A DNA stretch of 64,000 nt, from the NCBI GenBank assembly GCA_964057225.1, contig OZ059895.1, positions 22,196,001 to 22,260,000 of the forward strand. Reading direction: 5' to 3'. The notes beneath the pieces are model-generated. The model made no database searches. It was not told the origin of the DNA and was given only the letters and a program-made list of their open reading frames with translations. The translations under genes were made by a program, and so were the position numbers. The first letter of the stretch is position 1. Each line of letters starts with the position of its first letter. Shown piece after piece: positions 15,001 through 28,857 of this stretch. This DNA is from Auanema rhodensis. Taxonomy: Eukaryota > Animalia > Nematoda.

Positions 15001-15312
15001 CATGATGTGCACTTGGTATGTAACTCGCTTCACGTGAAAGATGAAGAGATGCGGTTTTCAAAATTAGATTCCCCATTTCCATATTAGTCTAAAAACAAAT
15101 TTTTATTGATATTGGTGCATGGTAACCATGACTTTGAAATTTACGTGAACTTTAATTTATGCTTATTAAGTGTACACGTGATGTGCACTTGGTATGTAAC
15201 TCGCTTCACGTAAAAGATAAAGAGATGCGGTTTTCAAAATTAGATTCCCCATGTCCATATTAGTCTAAAAACAAATTTTTATTGATATTGGTGCATGGTA
15301 ACCATGACTTTG
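1..15312 (+). repeat. Satellite domain 1: indel-free 176-bp units of four recurring types (A: GTGCGC/CTGAAAAC/GGCAACC; B: CACGTC/TTAAT; C: GATGAAG/CCTC/CGAAT; D: GCTTATT/ACACGTG/AAAGGG)
   Basis: Markers concentrated here are ATCGAT, TTTGAACTTT (units at 2289, 4401, 6337, 7745, 11617) and CCATATTAGTCTGA. The right boundary is approximate. Confidence 0.8.
6689..13904 (+). repeat. Higher-order duplication: 6689-10032 copied at 10561-13904 (offset 22 monomers = 3872 bp)
   Basis: Private markers match: CACGTGAGAG at 8871/12743 (3872 apart) and TTTAAATTATG in units 9857/13729 (3872). TTTAGACT at 9451/13147 is 3696 apart, i.e. 21 units locally. Confidence 0.88.
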
Positions 15313-18300
15313 AAATTTACGTGAACTTTAATTTATGCTAATTGAATGTACACGTGATGTGCACTTGGTATGTAACTCGCTTCACGTGAAAGATGAAGAG
15401 ATGCGGTTTTCAAAATTAGATTCCCCATTTCCATATTAGTCTAAAAACAAATTTTTATTGATATTGGTACATGGTAACCATGACTTTGAAATTTACGTGA
15501 ACTTCAATTTATGCTGATTAAGTGTACACGTGATGTGCACTTGGTATGTAACTCGCTTCACGTGAAAGATGAAGAGATGCGGTTTTCAAAATTAGATTCC
15601 CCATGTCCATATTAGTCTAAAAACAAATTTTTATTAATATTAGTGCATGGTAACCATGACTTTGAAATTTACGTGAACTTTAATTTATGCTAATTAAGTG
15701 TACACATGATATGCACTTGGTATGTAACTCGCTTCACGTGAAAGATAAAGAGATGCGGTTTTCAAAATTAGATTCCCCATGTCCATACTAGTCTAAAAAC
15801 AAATTTTTATTAATATTGGTGCATGGTAACCATGACTTTGAAATTTACGTGAACTTTAATTTATGCTTATTAAGTGTACACGTGATGTGCACTTGGTATG
15901 TAACTCGCTTCACGTGAAAGATAAAGAGATGCGGTTTTCAAAATTAGATTCCCCATGTCCATATTAGTCTAAAAACACATTTTTGTTGATATAGGTGGAT
16001 GGTAACCATGACTTTGAAATTTACGTGAACTTCAATTTATGCTAATTAAGTGTACACATGATGTGCACTTGGTATGTAACTCGCTTCACGTGAAAGATGA
16101 AGAGATGCGGTTTTCAAAATTAGATTCCCCATTTTCATATTAGTCTAAAAACAAATTTTTATTGATATTGGTGCATGGTAACCATGACTTTGAAATTTAC
16201 GTGAACTTTAATTTATGCTAATTAAGTGTACACATGATGTGCACTTGGTATGTAACTCGCTTTACGTCAAAGATAAAGAGATGCGGTTTTCAAAATTAGA
16301 TTCCCCATGTCCATATTAGTCTAAAAACAAATTTTTATTAATATTGGTGCATGGTAACCATGACTTTGAAATTTACGTGAACTTTAATTTATGCTAATTA
16401 AGTGTACACATGATATGCACTTGGTATGTAACTCGCTTCACGTGAAAGATGAAGAGATGCGGTTTTCAAAATTAGATTCCCCATTTCCATATTAGTCTAA
16501 AAACAAATTTTTATTGATATTGGTGCATGGTAACCATGACTTTGAAATTTACGTGAACTTTAATTTATGCTTATTAAGTGTACACGTGATGTGCACTTGG
16601 TATGTAACTCGCTTCACGTGAAAGATGAAGAGATGCGCTTTTCGAAATTAGATTCCCCATGTCCATATTAGTCTAAAAACACATTTTTGTTGATATAGGT
16701 GGATGGTAACCATGACTTTGAAATTTACGTGAACTTCAATTTATGCTAATTAAGTGTACACGTGATGTGCACTTGGTATGTAACTCGCTTCACGTGAAAG
16801 ATGAAGAGATGCGGTTTTCAAAATTAGATTCCCCATGTCCATATTAGTCTAAAAACAAATTTTTATCAATATTGGTGCATGGTAACCATGACTTTGAAAT
16901 TTACGTGAACTTTAATTTATGCTAATTAAGTGTACACATGATATGCACTTGGTATGTAACTCGCTTCACGTGAAAGATAAAGAGATGCGGTTTTCAAAAT
17001 TAGATTCCCCATGTCCATACTAGTCTAAAAACAAATTTTTATTAATATTGGTGCATGGTAACCATGACTTTGAAATTTACGTGAACTTTAATTTATGCTT
17101 ATTAAGTGTACACGTGATGTGCACTTGGTATGTAACTCGCTTCACGTGAAAGATGAAGAGATGCGCTTTTCGAAATTAGATTCCCCATGTCCATATTAGT
17201 CTAAAAACACATTTTTGTTGATATAGGTGGATGGTAACCATGACTTTGAAATTTACGTGAACTTCAATTTATGCTAATTAAGTGTACACATGATGTGCAC
17301 TTGGTATGTAACTCGCTTCACGTGAAAGATGAAGAGATGCGGTTTTCAAAATTAGATTCCCCATTTTCATATTAGTCTAAAAACAAATTTTTATTGATAT
17401 TGGTGCATGGTAACCATGACTTTGAAATTTACGTGAACTTTAATTAATGCTAATTAAGTGTACACATGATGTGCACTTGGTATGTAACTCGCTTTACGTC
17501 AAAGATAAAGAGATGCGGTTTTCAAAATTAGATTCCCCATGTCCATATTAGTCTAAAAACAAATTTTTATTAATATTGGTGCATGGTAACCATGACTTTG
17601 AAATTTACGTGAACTTTAATTTATGCTAATTAAGTGTACACATGATATGCACTTGGTATGTAACTCGCTTCACGTGAAAGATGAAGAGATGCGGTTTTCA
17701 AAATTAGATTCCCCATGTTCATATTAGTCTAAAAACACATTTTTGTTGATATAGGTGGATGGTAACCATGACTTTGAAATTTACGTGAACTTCAATTTAT
17801 GCTAATTAAGTGTACACATGATGTGCACTTGGTATGTAACTCGCTTCACGTGAAAGATGAAGAGATGCGGTTTTCAAAATTAGATTCCCCATTTTCATAT
17901 TAGTCTAAAAACAAATTTTTATTGATATTGGTGCATGGTAACCATGACTTTGAAATTTACGTGAACTTTAATTAATGCTAATTAAGTGTACACATGATGT
18001 GCACTTGGTATGTAACTCGCTTTACGTCAAAGATAAAGAGATGCGGTTTTCAAAATTAGATTCCCCATGTCCATATTAGTCTAAAAACAAATTTTTATTA
18101 ATATTGGTGCATGGTAACCATGACTTTGAAATTTACGTGAACTTTAATTTATGCTAATTAAGTGTACACATGATATGCACTTGGTATGTAACTCGCTTCA
18201 CGTGAAAGATGAAGAGATGCGGTTTTCAAAATTAGATTCCCCATTTTCATATTAGTCTAAAAACAAATTTTTATTGATATTGGTGCATGGTAACCATGAC

Positions 18301-21300
18301 TTTGAAATTTACGTGAACTTTAATTTATGCTTATTAAGTGTACACGTGATGTGCACTTGGTATGTAACTCGCTTCACGTGAAAGATGAAGAGATGCGCTT
18401 TTCGAAATTAGATTCCCCATGTCCATATTAGTCTAAAAACACATTTTTGTTGATATAGGTGGATGGTAACCATGACTTTGAAATTTACGTGAACTTCAAT
18501 TTATGCTAATTAAGTGTACACATGATGTGCACTTGGTATGTAACTCGCTTCAAGTCAAAGATAAAGAGATGCGGTTTTCAAAATCAGATTCCCTATGTCC
18601 ATATTAGTCTAAAAACAAATTTTTATTGATATTGGTGAATGGTAACCATGACTTTGAAATTTACGTGAACTTTAATTTATGCTAATTAAGTGTACACATG
18701 ATGTGCACTTGGTATGTAACTCGCTTCACGTGAAAGATAAAGAGATGCGGTTTTCAAAATAGATTCCCCATTTCCATATTAGTCTAAAAACAAATTTTTA
18801 TTGATATTGGTGCATGGTAACCATGACTTTGAAATTTACGTGAACTTCAATTTATGCTAATTAAGTGTACACGTGATGTGCACTTGGTATGTAACTCGCT
18901 TCACGTGAAAGATGAAGAGATGCGGTTTTCAAAATTAGATTCCCCATGTCCATATTAGTCTAAAAACAAATTTTTATTGATATTGGTGCATGGTAACCAT
19001 GACTTTGAAATTTACGTGAACTTCAATTTATGCTAATTAAGTGTACACGTGATGTGCACTTGGTATGTAACTCGCTTCAAGTCAAAGATAAAGAGATGCG
19101 GTTTTCAAAATCAGATTCCCTATGTCCATATTAGTCTAAAAACAAATTTTTATTAATATTGGTGAATGGTAACCATGACTTTGAAATTTACGTGAACTTT
19201 AATTTATGCTAATTAAGTGTACACATGATGTGCACTTGGTATGTAACTCGCTTCACGTCAAAGATAAAGAGATGCGGTTTTCAAAATTAGATTCCCCATG
19301 TCCATACTAGTCTAAAAACAAATTTTTATTAATATTGGTGCATGGTAACCATGACTTTGAAATTTACGTGAACTTTAATTTATGCTTATTAAGTGTACAC
19401 GTGATGTGCACTTGGTATGTAACTCGCTTCACGTGAAAGATAAAGAGATGCGGTTTTCAAAATTAGATTCCCCATGTTCATATTAGTCTAAAAACACATT
19501 TTTGTTGATATAGGTGGATGGTAACCATGACTTTGAAATTTACGTGAACTTCAATTTATGCTAATTAAGTGTACACATGATGTGCACTTGGTATGTAACT
19601 CGCTTCACGTGAAAGATGAAGAGATGCGGTTTTCAAAATTAGATTCCCCATTTTCATATTAGTCTAAAAACAAATTTTTATTGATATTGGTGCATGGTAA
19701 CCATGACTTTGAAATTTACGTGAACTTTAATTAATGCTAATTAAGTGTACACATGATGTGCACTTGGTATGTAACTCGCTTTACGTCAAAGATAAAGAGA
19801 TGCGGTTTTCAAAATTAGATTCCCCATGTCCATATTAGTCTAAAAACAAATTTTTATTAATATTGGTGCATGGTAACCATGACTTTGAAATTTACGTGAA
19901 CTTTAATTTATGCTAATTAAGTGTACACATGATATGCACTTGGTATGTAACTCGCTTCACGTGAAAGATGAAGAGATGCGGTTTTCAAAATTAGATTCCC
20001 CATGTTCATATTAGTCTAAAAACACATTTTTGTTGATATAGGTGGATGGTAACCATGACTTTGAAATTTACGTGAACTTCAATTTATGCTAATTAAGTGT
20101 ACACATGATGTGCACTTGGTATGTAACTCGCTTCACGTGAAAGATGAAGAGATGCGGTTTTCAAAATTAGATTCCCCATTTTCATATTAGTCTAAAAACA
20201 AATTTTTATTGATATTGGTGCATGGTAACCATGACTTTGAAATTTACGTGAACTTTAATTAATGCTAATTAAGTGTACACATGATGTGCACTTGGTATGT
20301 AACTCGCTTTACGTCAAAGATAAAGAGATGCGGTTTTCAAAATTAGATTCCCCATGTCCATATTAGTCTAAAAACAAATTTTTATTAATATTGGTGCATG
20401 GTAACCATGACTTTGAAATTTACGTGAACTTTAATTTATGCTAATTAAGTGTACACATGATATGCACTTGGTATGTAACTCGCTTCACGTGAAAGATGAA
20501 GAGATGCGGTTTTCAAAATTAGATTCCCCATTTTCATATTAGTCTAAAAACAAATTTTTATTGATATTGGTGCATGGTAACCATGACTTTGAAATTTACG
20601 TGAACTTTAATTTATGCTTATTAAGTGTACACGTGATGTGCACTTGGTATGTAACTCGCTTCACGTGAAAGATGAAGAGATGCGCTTTTCGAAATTAGAT
20701 TCCCCATGTCCATATTAGTCTAAAAACACATTTTTGTTGATATAGGTGGATGGTAACCATGACTTTGAAATTTACGTGAACTTCAATTTATGCTAATTAA
20801 GTGTACACATGATGTGCACTTGGTATGTAACTCGCTTCAAGTCAAAGATAAAGAGATGCGGTTTTCAAAATCAGATTCCCTATGTCCATATTAGTCTAAA
20901 AACAAATTTTTATTGATATTGGTTCATGGTAACCATGACTTTGAAATTTACGTGAACTTTAGTTTATGCTAATTAAGTGTACACATGATATGCACTTGGT
21001 ATGTAACTCGCTTCACGTGAAAGATGAAGAGATGCGGTTTTCAAAATTAGATTCCCCATGTTCATATTAGTCTAAAAACACATTTTTGTTGATATAGGTG
21101 GATGGTAACCATGACTTTGAAATTTACGTGAACTTCAATTTATGCTAATTAAGTGTACACATGATGTGCACTTGGTATGTAACTCGCTTCACGTGAAAGA
21201 TGAAGAGATGCGGTTTTCAAAATTAGATTCCCCATTTTCATATTAGTCTAAAAACAAATTTTTATTGATATTGGTGCATGGTAACCATGACTTTGAAATT

Positions 21301-24300
21301 TACGTGAACTTTAATTAATGCTAATTAAGTGTACACATGATGTGCACTTGGTATGTAACTCGCTTTACGTCAAAGATAAAGAGATGCGGTTTTCAAAATT
21401 AGATTCCCCATGTCCATATTAGTCTAAAAACAAATTTTTATTAATATTGGTGCATGGTAACCATGACTTTGAAATTTACGTGAACTTTAATTTATGCTAA
21501 TTAAGTGTACACATGATATGCACTTGGTATGTAACTCGCTTCACGTGAAAGATGAAGAGATGCGGTTTTCAAAATTAGATTCCCCATTTTCATATTAGTC
21601 TAAAAACAAATTTTTATTGATATTGGTGCATGGTAACCATGACTTTGAAATTTACGTGAACTTTAATTTATGCTTATTAAGTGTACACGTGATGTGCACT
21701 TGGTATGTAACTCGCTTCACGTGAAAGATGAAGAGATGCGCTTTTCGAAATTAGATTCCCCATGTCCATATTAGTCTAAAAACACATTTTTGTTGATATA
21801 GGTGGATGGTAACCATGACTTTGAAATTTACGTGAACTTCAATTTATGCTAATTAAGTGTACACATGATGTGCACTTGGTATGTAACTCGCTTCAAGTCA
21901 AAGATAAAGAGATGCGGTTTTCAAAATCAGATTCCCTATGTCCATATTAGTCTAAAAACAAATTTTTATTGATATTGGTGAATGGTAACCATGACTTTGA
22001 AATTTACGTGAACTTTAATTTATGCTAATTAAGTGTACACATGATGTGCACTTGGTATGTAACTCGCTTCACGTGAAAGATAAAGAGATGCGGTTTTCAA
22101 AATAGATTCCCCATTTCCATATTAGTCTAAAAACAAATTTTTATTGATATTGGTGCATGGTAACCATGACTTTGAAATTTACGTGAACTTCAATTTATGC
22201 TAATTAAGTGTACACGTGATGTGCACTTGGTATGTAACTCGCTTCACGTGAAAGATGAAGAGATGCGGTTTTCAAAATTAGATTCCCCATGTCCATATTA
22301 GTCTAAAAACAAATTTTTATTGATATTGGTGCATGGTAACCATGACTTTGAAATTTACGTGAACTTCAATTTATGCTAATTAAGTGTACACGTGATGTGC
22401 ACTTGGTATGTAACTCGCTTCAAGTCAAAGATAAAGAGATGCGGTTTTCAAAATCAGATTCCCTATGTCCATATTAGTCTAAAAACAAATTTTTATTAAT
22501 ATTGGTGAATGGTAACCATGACTTTGAAATTTACGTGAACTTTAATTTATGCTAATTAAGTGTACACATGATGTGCACTTGGTATGTAACTCGCTTCACG
22601 TCAAAGATAAAGAGATGCGGTTTTCAAAATTAGATTCCCCATGTCCATACTAGTCTAAAAACAAATTTTTATTGATATTGGTGCATGGTAACCATGACTT
22701 TGAAATTTACGTGAACTTTAATTTATGCTAATTAAGTGTACACATGATGTGCACTTGGTATGTAACTCGCTTTACGTCAAAGATAAAGAGATGCGGTTTT
22801 CAAAATTAGATTCCCCATGTCCATATTAGTCTAAAAACAAATTTTTATTAATATTGGTGCATGGTAACCATGACTTTGAAATTTACGTGAACTTTAATTT
22901 ATGCTAATTAAGTGTACACATGATATGCACTTGGTATGTAACTCGCTTCACGTGAAAGATGAAGAGATGCGGTTTTCAAAATTAGATTCCCCATTTCCAT
23001 ATTAGTCTAAAAACAAATTTTTATTGATATTGGTGCATGGTAACCATGACTTTGAAATTTACGTGAACTTTAATTTATGCTTATTAAGTGTACACGTGAT
23101 GTGCACTTGGTATGTAACTCGCTTCACGTGAAAGATGAAGAGATGCGCTTTTCGAAATTAGATTCCCCATGTCCATATTAGTCTAAAAACACATTTTTGT
23201 TGATATAGGTGGATGGTAACCATGACTTTGAAATTTACGTGAACTTCAATTTATGCTAATTAAGTGTACACGTGATGTGCACTTGGTATGTAACTCGCTT
23301 CACGTGAAAGATGAAGAGATGCGGTTTTCAAAATTAGATTCCCCATGTCCATATTAGTCTAAAAACAAATTTTTATTAATATTGCTGCATGGTAACCATG
23401 ACTTTGAAATTTACGTGAACTTTAATTTATGCTAATTAAGTGTACACATGATATGCACTTGGTATGTAACTCGCTTCACGTGAAAGATAAAGAGATGCGG
23501 TTTTCAAAATTAGATTCCCCATGTCCATACTAGTCTAAAAACAAATTTTTATTAATATTGGTGCATGGTAACCATGACTTTGAAATTTACGTGAACTTTA
23601 ATTTATGCTTATTAAGTGTACACGTGATGTGCACTTGGTATGTAACTCGCTTCACGTGAAAGATAAAGAGATGCGGTTTTCAAAATTAGATTCCCCATGT
23701 TCATATTAGTCTAAAAACACATTTTTGTTGATATAGGTGGATGGTAACCATGACTTTGAAATTTACGTGAACTTCAATTTATGCTAATTAAGTGTACACA
23801 TGATGTGCACTTGGTATGTAACTCGCTTCACGTGAAAGATGAAGAGATGCGGTTTTCAAAATTAGATTCCCCATTTTCATATTAGTCTAAAAACAAATTT
23901 TTATTGATATTGGTGCATGGTAACCATGACTTTGAAATTTACGTGAACTTTAATTAATGCTAATTAAGTGTACACATGATGTGCACTTGGTATGTAACTC
24001 GCTTTACGTCAAAGATAAAGAGATGCGGTTTTCAAAATTAGATTCCCCATGTCCATATTAGTCTAAAAACAAATTTTTATTAATATTGGTGCATGGTAAC
24101 CATGACTTTGAAATTTACGTGAACTTTAATTTATGCTTATTAAGTGTACACGTGATGTGCACTTGGTATGTAACTCGCTTCACGTGAAAGATGAAGAGAT
24201 GCGCTTTTCGAAATTAGATTCCCCATGTCCATATTAGTCTAAAAACACATTTTTGTTGATATAGGTGGATGGTAACCATGACTTTGAAATTTACGTGAAC

Positions 24301-25517
24301 TTCAATTTATGCTAATTAAGTGTACACATGATGTGCACTTGGTATGTAACTCGCTTCAAGTCAAAGATAAAGAGATGCGGTTTTCAAAATCAGATTCCCT
24401 ATGTCCATATTAGTCTAAAAACAAATTTTTATTGATATTGGTGAATGGTAACCATGACTTTGAAATTTACGTGAACTTTAATTTATGCTAATTAAGTGTA
24501 CACATGATGTGCACTTGGTATGTAACTCGCTTCACGTGAAAGATAAAGAGATGCGGTTTTCAAAATAGATTCCCCATTTCCATATTAGTCTAAAAACAAA
24601 TTTTTATTGATATTGGTGCATGGTAACCATGACTTTGAAATTTACGTGAACTTCAATTTATGCTAATTAAGTGTACACGTGATGTGCACTTGGTATGTAA
24701 CTCGCTTCACGTGAAAGATGAAGAGATGCGGTTTTCAAAATTAGATTCCCCATGTCCATATTAGTCTAAAAACAAATTTTTATTGATATTGGTGCATGGT
24801 AACCATGACTTTGAAATTTACGTGAACTTCAATTTATGCTAATTAAGTGTACACGTGATGTGCACTTGGTATGTAACTCGCTTCAAGTCAAAGATAAAGA
24901 GATGCGGTTTTCAAAATCAGATTCCCTATGTCCATATTAGTCTAAAAACAAATTTTTATTAATATTGGTGAATGGTAACCATGACTTTGAAATTTACGTG
25001 AACTTTAATTTATGCTAATTAAGTGTACACATGATGTGCACTTGGTATGTAACTCGCTTCACGTCAAAGATAAAGAGATGCGGTTTTCAAAATTAGATTC
25101 CCCATGTCCATACTAGTCTAAAAACAAATTTTTATTAATATTGGTGCATGGTAACCATGACTTTGAAATTTACGTGAACTTTAATTTATGCTTATTAAGT
25201 GTACACGTGATGTGCACTTGGTATGTAACTCGCTTCACGTGAAAGATGAAGAGATGCGGTTTTCAAAATTAGATTCCCCATGTCCATATTAGTCTAAAAA
25301 CACATTTTTGTTGATATAGGTGGATGGTAACCATGACTTTGAAATTTACGTGAACTTCAATTTATGCTAATTAAGTGTACACATGATGTGCACTTGGTAT
25401 GTAACTCGCTTCAAGTCAAAGATAAAGAGATGCGGTTTTCAAAATCAGATTCCCTATGTCCATATTAGTCTAAAAACAAATTTTTATTAATATTGGTGAA
25501 TGGTAACCATGACTTTG
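15313..25517 (+). repeat. Satellite domain 2: units marked by CACATTTTTGTTGATATAGGTGGATGG, GCGCTTTTCGAAA, CCATTTTCAT, TAATTAATGC, GATATGCAC and TTCAAGTC...AAATCAGATTCCCT
   Basis: These markers are absent before ~15.6 kb and recur densely up to ~25.5 kb. The first 175-bp units appear here (18657, 22000, 24463). Boundaries are approximate. Confidence 0.8.
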
Positions 25518-26395
25518 AAATTTACGTGAACTTTAATTTATGCTAATTAAGTGTACACATGATGTGCACTTGGTATGTAACTCGCTTCACGTGAAAGATA
25601 AAGAGATGCGGTTCTCAAAATAGATTCCCCATTTCCATATTAGTCTAAAAACAAATTTTTATTGATATTGGTGCATGGCAACCATGACTTTAAAATTTAC
25701 GTGAACTTAAATTTATGCTAATTAAGTGTACACATGATGTGCACTTGGTATGTAACTCGCTTCACGTCAAAGATAAAGAGATGCGGTTTTCAAAATTAGA
25801 TTCCCCATTTCCATATTAGTCTAAAAACAAATTTTTATTAATATTGGTGCATGGTAACCATGACTTTGAAATTTACGTGAACTTTAATTTATGCTAATTA
25901 AGTGTACACATGATATGCACTTGGTATGTATCTCGCTTCACGTGAAAGATAAAGAGATGCGGTTTTCAAAATAGATTCCCCATTTCCATATTAGTCTAAA
26001 AACAAATTTTTATTGATATTGGTGCATGGCAACCATGACTTTAAAATTTACGTGAACTTTAATTTATGCTTATTAAGTGTACACGTGATGTGCACTTGGT
26101 ATGTAACTCGCTTCACGTGAAAGATAAAGAGATGCGGTTTTCAAAATTAGATTCCTCATGTCCATATTAGTCTAAAAACGAATTTTTATTGATATTGGTG
26201 CATGGTAACCATGACTTTGAAATTTACGTGAACTTTAATTTATGCTAATTGAATGTACACGTGATGTGCACTTGGTATGTAAGTCGCTTCACGTAAAAGA
26301 TAAAGAGATGCGGTTTTCAAAATTAGATTCCCCATGTCCATATTAGTCTAAAAACAAATTTTTATTGATATTGGTGCATGGTAACCATGACTTTG

Positions 26396-27801
26396 AAATT
26401 TACGTGAACTTTAATTTATGCTAATTGAATGTACACGTGATGTGCACTTGGTATGTAACTCGCTTCACGTGAAAGATGAAGAGATGCGGTTTTCAAAATT
26501 AGATTCCCCATGTCCAAATTAGTCTAAAAACAAATTTTTATTAATATTGGTGCATGGTAACCATGACTTTGAAATTTACGTGAACTTCAATTTATGCTAA
26601 TTAAGTGTACACATGATGTGCACTTGGTATGTAACTCGCTTCAAGTCAAAGATAAAGAGATGCGGTTTTCAAAATCAGATTCCCTATGTCCATATTAGTC
26701 TAAAAACAAATTTTTATTAATATTGGTGAATGGTAACCATGACTTTGAAATTTACGTGAACTTTAATTTATGCTAATTAAGTGTACACATGATGTGCACT
26801 TGGTATGTAACTCGCTTCACGTGAAAGATAAAGAGATGCGGTTTTCAAAATAGATTCCCCATTTCCATATTAGTCTAAAAACAAATTTTTATTGATATTG
26901 GTGCATGGCAACCATGACTTTAAAATTTACGTGAACCTTAATTTATGCTAATTAAGTGTACACATGTTGTGCACTTGGTATGTAACTCGCTTTACGTCAA
27001 AGATAAAGAGATGCGGTTTTCAAAATTAGATTCCCCATGTCCATATTAGTCTAAAAACAAATTTTTATTGATATTGGTGCATGGTAACCATGACTTTGAA
27101 ATTTACGTGAACTTTAATTTATGCTAATTGAATGTACACGTGATGTGCACTTGGTATGTAACTCGCTTCACGTGAAAGATGAAGAGATGCGGTTTTCAAA
27201 ATTAGATTCCCCATGTCCATATTAGTCTAAAAACAAATTTTTATTAATATTGGTGCATGGTAACCATGACTTTGAAATTTACGTGAACTTCAATTTATGC
27301 TAATTAAGTGTACACATGATGTGCACTTGGTATGTAACTCGCTTCAAGTCAAAGATAAAGAGATGCGGTTTTCAAAATCAGATTCCCTATGTCCATATTA
27401 GTCTAAAAACAAATTTTTATTAATATTGGTGAATGGTAACCATGACTTTGAAATTTACGTGAACTTTAATTTATGCTAATTAAGTGTACACATGATGTGC
27501 ACTTGGTATGTAACTCGCTTCACGTGAAAGATAAAGAGATGCGGTTTTTAAAATAGATTCCCCATTTCCATATTAGTCTAAAAACAAATTTTTATTGATA
27601 TTGGTGCATGGCAACCATGACTTTAAAATTTACGTGAACCTTAATTTATGCTAATTAAGTGTACACATGTTGTGCACTTGGTATGTAACTCGCTTTACGT
27701 CAAAGATAAAGAGATGCGGTTTTTAAAATTAGATTCCCCATGTCCATATTAGTCTAAAAACAAATTTTTATTAATATTGGTGCATGGTAACCATGACTTT
27801 G
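26396..27801 (+). repeat. Tandem 4-monomer duplication (2 x 703 bp)
   Basis: The order TTGAATG unit, TTCAAGTC unit, deletion unit, AACCTTA/CATGTTG unit is repeated. The deletions at 26852 and 27555 are 703 bp apart. Confidence 0.88.
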
Positions 27802-28857
27802 AAATTTACGTGAACTTTAATTTATGCTAATTAAGTGTACACATGATGTGCGCTTGGTATGTAACTCGCTTCACGTGAAAGATAAAGAGATGCGGTTTTC
27901 AAAATTAGATTCCCCATTTCCATGTTAGTCTAAAAACAAATTTTTATTGATATTGGTGCATGGCAACCATGACTTTAAAATTTACGTTAACTTAAATTTA
28001 TGCTAATTAAGTGTACACATGATGTGCACTTGGTATGTAACTCGCTTCACGTCAAAGATAAAGAGATGCGGTTTTCAAAATTAGATTCCCCATGTCCATA
28101 CTAGTCTAAAAACAAATTTTTATTAATATTGGTGCATGGTAACCATGACTTTGAAATTTACGTGAACTTTAATTTATGCTTATTAAGTGTACACGTGATG
28201 TGCACTTGGTATGTAACTCGCTTCACGTGAAAGATAAAGAGATGCGGTTTTCAAAATTAGATTCCCCATGTCCATATTAGTCTAAAAACAAATTTTTATT
28301 GATATTGGTGCATGGTAACCATGACTTTGAAATTTACGTGAACTTCAATTTATGCTAATTAAGTGTACACGTGATGTGCACTTGGTATGTAACTCGCTTC
28401 ACGTGAAAGATGAAGAGATGCGGTTTTCAAAATCAGATTCCCTATGTCCATATTAGTCTAAAAACAAATTTTTATTAATATTGGTGAATGGTAACCATGA
28501 CTTTGAAATTTACGTGAACTTTAATTTATGCTAATTAAGTGTACACGTGATGTGCACTTGGTATGTAACTCGCTTCACGTGAAAGATGAAGAGATGCGGT
28601 TTTCAAAATTAGATTCCCCATGTCCATATTAGTCTAAAAACAAATTTTTATTGATATTGGTGCATGGTAACCATGACTTTGAAATTTACGTGAACTTCAA
28701 TTTATGCTAATTAAGTGTACACATGATGTGCGCTTGGTATGTAACTCGCTTCACGTGAAAGATAAAGAGATGCGGTTTTCAAAATTAGATTCCCCATTTC
28801 CATGTTAGTCTGAAAACAAATTTTTATTGATATTGGTGCATGGCAACCATGACTTTA

